Below the pieces are notes generated by a model, which made no database searches, was not told the DNA's origin, and saw only the letters and a list, made by a program, of their open reading frames with translations. Below are positions 57,519 through 64,000 of a stretch of 64,000 bases of DNA, in pieces. Positions within the stretch are counted from its first letter, which is position 1. Each line of letters starts with the position of its first letter. The position numbers and the translations under genes were made by a program. Source of the DNA: a virus; the IMG/VR virus record IMGVR_UViG_3300025015_000003, one strand, 5' to 3'.

Positions 57519-57680
57519 ATTAAGAATTCGATTCATTGGCAGCGGACTTGTCAAGAGTGTGGGTATGTTGGAAATTACGCCAAACCGAATCTTGAAGATA
57601 AGAAAGAGAAGTGGCGTGAAACTAAATGTCGCAAATGCAAAAGCGAAGCATTAGATTTCGGTAAAGAGGTGACGAAATGA
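57516..57680 (+). CDS. zinc-ribbon protein
   Basis: 55 aa. CQEC...CRKC. Confidence 0.4.
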   Translation: MIKNSIHWQRTCQECGYVGNYAKPNLEDKKEKWRETKCRKCKSEALDFGKEVTK

Positions 57681-57917
57681 CAATCAAAGTCAACTTCGAA
57701 GTTACCGATACATTCGGTGGCGAGACGAATTATTCTGGGTCAAGCGTGGTAGCGTTGAGTTCGAGAAACAACCCACGACGCGGCAGATTGTTCTGACATT
57801 GAAGAAGTTTGCAGGATTAACGAATGTGACGTGCAAACGGATTGACTATGGTGACCTGATTGAATTGCGCCCTGTCGGTCAGTGTATTGTTGCCTTTGCT
57901 ACTGTGGAGTATTGAAA

Positions 57918-58565
57918 ATGACTAAAGAAGAGTTGAATAAAATTGTTGCAGATCATTTATTGTGGTTGAACGATGACCCTCTTGGAAAGCGTGCAAACTT
58001 GAGCCGTGCAAACTTGAGCAGTGCGAACTTGCGCGATGCGAACTTGAGCTATGCGAACTTGCGCGATGCGAACTTGCGCGATGCAAACTTGAGCAGTGCA
58101 AACTTGAGCCGTGCAAACTTGAGCCGTGCGGACTTGCGCTATGCGGACTTGAGCTATGCAAACTTGAGCCGTGCGGACTTGCGCAGTGCGGACTTGCGCA
58201 GTGCGGACTTGCGCAGTGCGAACTTGCGCTGTGCGGACTTGAGCAGTGCGGACTTGCGCAGTGCGGACTTGCGCAGTGCGGACTTGCGCAGTGCGGACTT
58301 GAGCAGTGCGGACTTGCGCGGTGCGGACTTGAACGGTGCGATTGGCAATGGATTAGAGATGAAGACAATTCAGTCTGACATTTGGATTATAACATACACT
58401 TTCGATAGGATGCAAATCGGTTGTCAAAACTATTCCATTGAAAAATGGTTTTCGTTTGATGATTCTAAAATTGAACAAATGGAAAATCGTGCGTTGGATT
58501 GGTGGAAGAAATGGAAACCTATTTTGAAACAGATTATTGAAATTTCACCTGCGAAGGAGACTTAA
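57918..58565 (+). CDS. pentapeptide-repeat protein (Qnr/MfpA-like DNA-mimic fold)
   Basis: ~24 consecutive A(N/D)L(S/R)x pentapeptides ([15 protein letters not shown] ... [10 protein letters not shown]) covering ~120 aa, with a non-repeat C-terminal domain. Confidence 0.7.
   Translation: MTKEELNKIVADHLLWLNDDPLGKRANLSRANLSSANLRDANLSYANLRDANLRDANLSSANLSRANLSRADLRYADLSYANLSRADLRSADLRSADLRSANLRCADLSSADLRSADLRSADLRSADLSSADLRGADLNGAIGNGLEMKTIQSDIWIITYTFDRMQIGCQNYSIEKWFSFDDSKIEQMENRALDWWKKWKPILKQIIEISPAKET
57991..58335. repeat. near-perfect 15-bp tandem DNA repeat (units like gtgcggacttgcgca) encoding the pentapeptide repeats
   Basis: Direct inspection shows ~23 units of gtgc(g/a)(g/a)acttg(a/c)gc(a/c/g) in register. 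Confidence 0.85.
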
Positions 58566-58808
58566 ATGAAAAAGGTAATTGTTGGTTGCGGGATTGTTTA
58601 TCTCGGCTGTATTCTTGCTGCGTTTGATTGGCAAACGTCGCTATTCTTGATTCCTTTCTTTGTTGGTATTGTGTGGATCATCTACAATGCTTTCGTTTAC
58701 CATGCTCAGATGGAGGAATTTGCTGAACAAGTGGTTGAGGAACAAGAATTTACCGTTGTTGAAAAGGATGAACTTCAGTACGTCGTAGTGAAATCGAGAG
58801 GAGATTGA
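58566..58808 (+). CDS. small two-TM membrane protein
   Basis: 80 aa. Confidence 0.4.
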   Translation: MKKVIVGCGIVYLGCILAAFDWQTSLFLIPFFVGIVWIIYNAFVYHAQMEEFAEQVVEEQEFTVVEKDELQYVVVKSRGD

Positions 58809-58809
58809 A

Positions 58810-59037
58810 ATGAGAATCATTGAACTGAATGTTGAAATGCCGGTCGGTGTTCCGCCTGCGAAGTTGTTCTACGCTATCGGTTATCTTTCAACGTGGAACC
58901 CAACCTTTCCGAAGGTCTTGATTTACAAGGATAACAAGTCGCCAAATTTAATGGCACATTACTTCAAAGAAGATGGCGACTGTGGTTATACAATCGGAGC
59001 GGTTTGGAACGGTGAAGACTACTCCTTTCACTCTTGA
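58810..59037 (+). CDS. hypothetical protein
   Basis: 75 aa. Confidence 0.4.
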   Translation: MRIIELNVEMPVGVPPAKLFYAIGYLSTWNPTFPKVLIYKDNKSPNLMAHYFKEDGDCGYTIGAVWNGEDYSFHS

Positions 59038-59043
59038 TTGTTG

Positions 59044-59069
59044 TCCGGCTTCGGCCGGATTTGTTTACT
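59044..59069 (+). terminator. rho-independent terminator
   Basis: TCCGGC-TTCG-GCCGGA hairpin followed by TTTGTTTACT. Confidence 0.55.
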
Positions 59070-59250
59070 GCGCTTGGTCAGGCGATCTGTTGATACTTGT
59101 CACCGAGCGTTTAAGGCACTAGAGCAAAGCGTGGTAGGTGGTAGTATAGGTAACGTTGCTCGGTGCTGCGCCACGGCGCTTGTAGGCTGTCCTGGTGCTA
59201 TGTTTAACCTTGTTTTAGGCCAGTTATACGGCAATGCGCCAGCCAATCGG

Positions 59251-59703
59251 TTAACTTCTAAGTTTGACAATCGCCGCGTCAAGTTGTACCATCGCAAGCC
59301 AGTCTTTTACTTCTAAAAGTAAAGGTTTATACCGACGGATATATACACCGAGACTGGAACAATCGGTCATGCGATCATCGAAGTCTAATACAACAATCTC
59401 TTTGTTGACTTCGGTAACGACGAATGATTCTCCTCCAGTTAGCTCGTGAGAGTGAGACCAATTCACCTGCTCGGGAGTCACCTTATACTCTTGCGTCTTT
59501 GTCTCTAGCCAGCAGGAATAGTTTGAATATTCGTTCTCTTCAGGTACGTCGCGACATCTGATGATATGCTGACACGAGAAATAACAATCGGGCACACCTG
59601 AACCTGTTGAGGTCTCGATCCTCTGTAGCATCCATCTGCCTTTGGGTAGGAGCGTGGCGAACTTTGATTTGAGTTTCGCGTGTAGTCGTTGTTCAGGTGT
59701 CAT
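59251..59703 (-). CDS. VRR-NUC domain nuclease
   Basis: GVPDCYFSCQ ... WLETKTQEYKVTPEQVNW ... VVTEV matches the PD-(D/E)xK VRR-NUC pattern (G-x-PD ... E-x-K ... Q). Encoded on the minority strand. Confidence 0.5.
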   Translation of the reverse strand: MTPEQRLHAKLKSKFATLLPKGRWMLQRIETSTGSGVPDCYFSCQHIIRCRDVPEENEYSNYSCWLETKTQEYKVTPEQVNWSHSHELTGGESFVVTEVNKEIVVLDFDDRMTDCSSLGVYIRRYKPLLLEVKDWLAMVQLDAAIVKLRS

Positions 59704-59783
59704 GTGGTTAGTGTGCGCTGTTCGTGTGAGCTTTGCAAGGTAGGTTAAATATGCAGGTAGGCGAACTTAATTGCAGGTAAAGT

Positions 59784-59830
59784 AATACCTGCCGCGCTTA
59801 TTGCGGTACAACCTTTAGGAGATAATCATG
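59784..59830 (+). promoter_or_regulatory. conserved hairpin + CTTTAGGAG element (copy 5)
   Basis: TAATACCTGCCGCGCTTATTGCGG...CCTTTAGGAGATAATCATG. Confidence 0.45.
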
Positions 59831-60112
59831 TCGAATAATACTGTTAAGGAATGTGTCGCTAAGTTCTTGCGTAACAAGCATCGCGAAGAGTTCTTGGCGA
59901 ACAATCCGTGGATGGATATCACTGTCGCGGCGATCGTGTTCTTCCGTCGGCACACGGCATATAAGCTTTCGTACTGTGTTGAATATGCGCGTTGGTACGA
60001 AATGATTGAACTCAAATGGTATCAAATCCCTGTGTCGCAAAAACAATGTGCAGGTATTCGTGCTGATACGTTGGCGCGGTATGCAGGATATGTTGCTGAA
60101 CTGACTGCTTAA
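59828..60112 (+). CDS. hypothetical protein
   Basis: 94 aa. Confidence 0.4.
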   Translation: MSNNTVKECVAKFLRNKHREEFLANNPWMDITVAAIVFFRRHTAYKLSYCVEYARWYEMIELKWYQIPVSQKQCAGIRADTLARYAGYVAELTA

Positions 60113-60130
60113 ATTTTAAGCAGTAGTTTA

Positions 60131-60157
60131 ATGCCCGCCTTGTGAGCGGGCATTTTC
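60131..60157. terminator. bidirectional rho-independent terminator
   Basis: ATGCCCGC-cttgtga-GCGGGCAT with T-rich tract on the + side and A-rich on the other. Lies between convergent genes. Confidence 0.6.
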
Positions 60158-60161
60158 ATTT

Positions 60162-61319
60162 CTACGCTCCGAACTTGCCGTTAAACGCTTCCCATCTGTC
60201 AATCGCTTGTAACTCAATCCGCCGCATCCCGTGGAGATTTTCCTGTTTCTCATAATCGAAATAGACATTGGCTTCATCTTCTGTCATGATTAACCATGAG
60301 CCGATGTGCGGGCTGTCCTTGCGCTCAATCTCTGCACGAGTCATTGAACGGAGACGTTCGTTGAATGTGCAGTGCTGGGTCAAATATTCGGCGCGATTGG
60401 CATCTTTCTGATTTTGTATGAACTCTTCGTATGGCACATCGCGGTACATGTCCTTGCATTCAAGAGCTGACTCGAATGCGATCTTGTCCTTCCAATAAGC
60501 ACCGTCGACTTCATAAAGATTGTGAGATGGGATGTCTCTTTGTTCGGTTGAATCATTTGCGGAAAGAGTGACTTTACCTGTCTCATTGTCAAAGGATGCG
60601 TCGTCATTCTCAATCAACGATTCAATCAGGCGCTCACGAACCTTGCGCGTATTGTCTGTGTTTATGCCGCGAATGATGCGAAGATTGGAGAACATCATGA
60701 TCATAGTTCTTAGAATCTCTGATTGACCAAGTGAGTTGGAATAGAGATCGACGTCTACTTTAGATCGTATATCCTTGAGGGCCTCAATGATCGGGTAGAT
60801 TTGGTTCGTAATGTGTCCTGCATAATCAACTGGTGATTCAATCAATGCGAAGTTACGCGGTACATGGGCAGTGACTACCACATTTGAAGTGTTCAAATCA
60901 ATCTCAACAGTGGAGATATCAATCTCTTTCAAATTGGCGGTGACTGGGAACTCTTTGTAAAAGACGCCTTGATGTTCAATTGATTGAAATAGAGCGCCGA
61001 AAGGAATCACAGTGCGACGGCCCATGCGAATAAAACGACGGCCATCTGGCTCAACTTCTCTGCTTATACCAAAGAGGAAGACGAAACTGTTGATAGTTTC
61101 AAATTGATGGGTATGCGTACCGGCACGTTTGAATTCAGGTGTACGCATGAAATCCGCACCTTTCTCGTAATACTTCAGTTTGTGCTTCAACATACTTGAC
61201 TGAGAATACTTCATATCTTTGCGGGTCAATATCGGTATCAGTTCACGGTTCTCATCCAAGGTGAAGTGAATCTTGATCTTCTTGTACATTCCAAATGAAG
61301 CGTTTGAATCGTAGTTCAT
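60162..61319 (-). CDS. hypothetical protein (385 aa), reverse-strand accessory gene
   Basis: Long clean ORF on the minority strand. AGGAAA SD upstream (revcomp of 61323-61332). No motif recognised. Confidence 0.5.
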   Translation of the reverse strand: MNYDSNASFGMYKKIKIHFTLDENRELIPILTRKDMKYSQSSMLKHKLKYYEKGADFMRTPEFKRAGTHTHQFETINSFVFLFGISREVEPDGRRFIRMGRRTVIPFGALFQSIEHQGVFYKEFPVTANLKEIDISTVEIDLNTSNVVVTAHVPRNFALIESPVDYAGHITNQIYPIIEALKDIRSKVDVDLYSNSLGQSEILRTMIMMFSNLRIIRGINTDNTRKVRERLIESLIENDDASFDNETGKVTLSANDSTEQRDIPSHNLYEVDGAYWKDKIAFESALECKDMYRDVPYEEFIQNQKDANRAEYLTQHCTFNERLRSMTRAEIERKDSPHIGSWLIMTEDEANVYFDYEKQENLHGMRRIELQAIDRWEAFNGKFGA

Positions 61320-61949
61320 GTCTGTTTTCCTATCGTCGGTTAAATTGAAGTGATTGGTCGCACGCAGTTTGGTCGTTGCGACTGGTAACAGTATAACAGG
61401 TTAAACGTTGGTTGCAAGGTACTGTTAAGCGCTCGGTAATGGTCCAGGTTAGCGCCGATGTGGCATATGGCGGGTTTAAGGTTAGAGACTTTTGTTCCAG
61501 CTTTGGTAGTTAACATTTGCTACTACGCCAGGCAATATGCTGTTTGCAAAAAAGTGCCATAATTACAGATGGTAACTAATTAACTTAAGGGTTAAGTGTT
61601 TGTTTTTATTGACCGTAAGTTTAAGGTTAGAAAGCATCGATTTGTTGCACTACTGCTTAAAAAATAGGCAGTAGTATAATTGCTTAAATAATAGGCAAAA
61701 TGAGTGTTTTGAGAGAACTTGAGTAGAATTGAGGTAGATTTGATGCTGTAAGCAAGGTTAGTGAAATCACTACAAATTGAACTGATTATACAGACCTAAG
61801 TAGGTAAAATCAACCTGAAAAGTAGAGCAGATCACACAGACTTTCGAGTATAAAACGAGTCTTATAATTCGACAATCAGGGGGCATTTTTAGAATAGAAT
61901 ATTATAGAACTTGAAAAGAGATGATTGAGACGACTATGGGAGAGCGTCC

Positions 61950-62160
61950 TTGAGATCTCGATGATCACCTGATCCATTGGTTATACGCGATTTGTCAATC
62001 GCCACAGATCCATTGATCTACCGAGACTGATTATACGCGATTTGAAATTAACAGTCGCCACGATCCTAAGATCTTGTGATCCATTGATTATACAGAATTG
62101 ATTATACGTGACTGATAGTCGCCAGATCAAGGAGATCAACTGATCTGCAGATCGCCTATT
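61950..62160. repeat. iteron-like direct repeats with dense GATC cluster
   Basis: GATTATACG(C/T)GA x3-4, GTCGCCA x3, TGATCCATTG x3, and ~12 GATC sites within ~200 bp. Confidence 0.6.
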
Positions 62161-62311
62161 ATTTAAGTAGCCTCTGGCTAGCACATCGCCGCGCCCTTGG
62201 CAATGGTATTTTTGTACTAGGCTGGTGGCTAGCAGGTTTTAACCATCTTGGCAATAGTACGTTTGTATCACCACTAGTACGTTAGAGGTAGTACAAAACA
62301 ATGCTTTGCCC

Positions 62312-62380
62312 AATTACCTGCAAACGTGGTGTAATGTGTTTGCCGTAACGTTACGGCTCACTTATAGGGGTCACATCATG
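62312..62380 (+). promoter_or_regulatory. conserved hairpin + CTTATAGGGG element (copy 6)
   Basis: AATTACCTGC ... GCCGTAACGTTACGGC palindrome, then TCACTTATAGGGGTCACATCATG. Confidence 0.45.
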
Positions 62381-62899
62381 TCACGTACTAATACTACTTC
62401 CGCCGCCAAATCCGCTCCCGCTACAAAGGGTAATAAGGGCGCTACCAAGCCAGCCAGCCAGCCGGCTACCATTAACACTAACGCACCCCTTGGCGTACCG
62501 GGCGCTTTACCCAATGGCCTTGGGGCAATGGTAACGGCGCTTACCACACAACCTGTAAAGCCGCAAGCGGGCAAAGCAGCAAGCACCGCATTGTTGCAAG
62601 CTGCCGTTGCCGCCGGTACAGCAGCAGCGGGCGCAACGGCACGGGCACATATTTGGGGCCAGGGTGGGCAAAGCGTAGGCAATACTGCCAAGTTGCCTGC
62701 CGGTAGCCTTAGCATTACCGCCAAGGGCGCGGCATACAACCCCAAGCCAGGGTATAACGCTAACGCATGGCAAGCGGTACAAGCTGCAATTAAGGCCGGC
62801 CCTTGCAGCGCAACCCAAGCGGCAAGCGCCATAGGGCATGCCGGCGCGGCATGGGTAAGGTATGCTGTTAGTAGTGGCTGGCTGGCGGTAACTGTATAA
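62378..62899 (+). CDS. Ala/Lys-rich protein, GC-rich gene
   Basis: 173 aa from ATG 62378. N-terminal SAAKSAPATKGNKGATKPASQPA histone-H1/AlgP-like tract. GC content far above the genome average. Confidence 0.45.
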   Translation: MSRTNTTSAAKSAPATKGNKGATKPASQPATINTNAPLGVPGALPNGLGAMVTALTTQPVKPQAGKAASTALLQAAVAAGTAAAGATARAHIWGQGGQSVGNTAKLPAGSLSITAKGAAYNPKPGYNANAWQAVQAAIKAGPCSATQAASAIGHAGAAWVRYAVSSGWLAVTV

Positions 62900-62908
62900 A
62901 CAGTTTAC

Positions 62909-62936
62909 TTAGTTTAAGCCGGGCAATTGCCCGGCT
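62909..62936 (+). terminator. rho-independent terminator
   Basis: Perfect palindrome GCCGGGCAATTGCCCGGC followed by TTTTT. Confidence 0.65.
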
Positions 62937-63000
62937 TTTTAACGCCCAGTATATTAGTATATGGCTATGTACGCATATACAACACGGTTGCACAATGCCC

Positions 63001-63032
63001 GCCTGCCTGCCTGCCAGCCAGCCAGCCAGCCA
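63001..63032. repeat. tetranucleotide microsatellite (GCCT)3(GCCA)5
   Basis: Read directly from the sequence. Confidence 0.85.
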
Positions 63033-63480
63033 CGTTTAACCCTTGGCCTAGGCTACCCTACATACTACCTAATAGCGTGCACGCTAGGCCCATTGCAGCA
63101 CGTACTAGCCCTATGTTGCATAATGCAACACCGTTATCTAGTACGTATGTACTACTGCGCAGCAGGTGGCACGGCCCATGCTATAGGCAAGCGCCGTGCC
63201 AAGGCCGGCGTATGATACGTATGTACTACGAGGGGGCGTGAGACCTAAAATAAAACGTTTAGGGTCCCATATAGTGCTCACCCGCTCCCGCACTGTCGAC
63301 ACTATTGACTTACGAATATTGATTAAGAATCACTCCCGCACTGTCGACACTTACTGATTAGAACAGGGTGCTCGTTTATCACAATCAATATGAAACGACA
63401 AAAATTTTAAAATTTCAAAAATTGTGGTACAATTGAGCAATGAAGATTGATCAATCTTCGCATACAAAAGGATAGATAAA

Positions 63481-64000
63481 ATGGCCCGACCCAGAAAACC
63501 GAAAGTCCGAGATCCTGACGAGAAACCGTTCAGCCTCGGTGAGGACTTCGTCCCTGTCGTAGTCAAACCGTTTGAACCCAAGCGTTACGACGCCGAAGGC
63601 AATCTATTGACAAACGTCGTAGGTGGTGAGAATGGCCCTGTCGGACTCGGCAGGGACCCCCTTGTAGCTCAGTATCTCTTGCCAGAGTGGTCAAAGAACA
63701 TAAGCGACGCATTGATCAATCAGGCGAATATCAAGGGTAGTCCTGGATTTGACCCAGGATTTGAACAAGCAAAGCAGGTAGAGCAAATGACTGCCCTTGG
63801 CCTCAGTGTCCAAGACATTGCTGCGACCTTAAGAATTGAACCCAAACTTCTTGAAAAGTATTACAAATACGAAATTGAGACGAGCGCTCAACGCATCAAT
63901 CAGGCAGTAGCCAAAGTCGCCCTCCAAAGCGCCCTCGGGGGCGACACGGACATGGTCAAATTCTGGCTCAAGACTAGAGCAGGGTGGAAAGAAACTAAGG
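63481..64000 (+). CDS. partial ORF, possible terminase small subunit / DNA-binding protein
   Basis: ATG 63481 follows an AAAAGGA SD and the frame stays open to the window end. HTH-like LGLSVQDIAATL and a C-terminal ...DMVKFWLKTRAGWKE segment recalled from small-terminase families. A portal gene sits at the other end of the window. Confidence 0.3.
   Translation, partial: MARPRKPKVRDPDEKPFSLGEDFVPVVVKPFEPKRYDAEGNLLTNVVGGENGPVGLGRDPLVAQYLLPEWSKNISDALINQANIKGSPGFDPGFEQAKQVEQMTALGLSVQDIAATLRIEPKLLEKYYKYEIETSAQRINQAVAKVALQSALGGDTDMVKFWLKTRAGWKETK

Noticed and set aside
57922-58368. 148-aa minus-strand ORF and 64-aa ORF antisense to the pentapeptide-repeat gene; possible CRISPR-like array
   Set aside because: The open frames are a by-product of the periodic 15-bp repeat. 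The repeats are contiguous with no unique spacers and lie in frame inside a coding gene with a non-repeat C-terminal domain. Not CRISPR.
59038-59316. 92-aa plus-strand ORF in the convergent intergenic region
   Set aside because: Cys/Arg/Leu-rich and unlike a protein. It overlaps the conserved non-coding element and the 3' end of the minus-strand VRR-NUC gene.
62371-62839. Minus-strand 153-aa and 110-aa ORFs antisense to the GC-rich Ala-rich gene
   Set aside because: GC-driven open frames. The plus frame has the promoter/hairpin motif, an SD and a terminator.

Overview
This window reads as one long stretch of a tailed dsDNA bacteriophage genome. Nearly all genes are on the + strand, and short ATGA/ATGn overlaps between consecutive genes suggest translational coupling.

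Layout:
- 15-1928: putative portal protein.
- 2083-3356: a complete lysis cassette, placed unusually between the portal and head genes. It holds an M15 peptidase endolysin, two small membrane proteins (holin-like), and an Rz-like i-spanin with an Rz1-like lipoprotein o-spanin embedded in its +1 frame.
- 3.3-27.2 kb: virion morphogenesis module. It includes a GroES-like co-chaperonin, a putative scaffold, a putative T7-like-fold major capsid protein, an SGNH/GDSL hydrolase virion protein with a GC-rich catalytic domain, a LysM protein, tail-fibre-like repeat proteins and several large virion proteins.
- 27.24-27.86 kb: AT-rich regulatory intergenic region containing a 30-nt poly-C homopolymer.
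- 27.9-50.2 kb: early / DNA-metabolism module. It contains a NADAR (YbiA-like) domain protein, a SNF2 helicase, a prim-pol primase with PriCT domain, an SF1 (UvrD-like) helicase interrupted by a 272-aa intein, a DEDDh 3'-5' exonuclease, a Lar-like zinc ribbon, a ThyA-family enzyme, a DUF3310 protein, tRNA-Met(CAU), a DenV-like pyrimidine-dimer glycosylase, a radical SAM enzyme, a small family-B DNA polymerase, a GT-A-like DxD protein, an FkbM-family methyltransferase, a Cas4/RecB-like PD-(D/E)xK nuclease, dUTPase, an ATP-dependent DNA ligase and a dCMP deaminase.
- 50-59 kb: many small genes. Several are preceded by a conserved hairpin + CTTATAGGRG motif. The region also encodes an SPFH/band-7 lipoprotein and a pentapeptide-repeat (Qnr/MfpA-like DNA-mimic) protein built from a near-perfect 15-bp DNA tandem repeat.
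- 59.25-61.32 kb: a reverse-strand island with a VRR-NUC nuclease and a 385-aa protein of unknown function, bounded by a bidirectional terminator.
- 61.3-63.5 kb: repeat-rich non-coding DNA with iterons, a GATC cluster and a microsatellite, plus a GC-rich Ala/Lys-rich gene.
- 63481-end: a partial ORF, possibly the terminase small subunit.

Several places look like frameshifts or homopolymer errors. Every functional call rests on motif recognition by eye. None has been confirmed by a database search.
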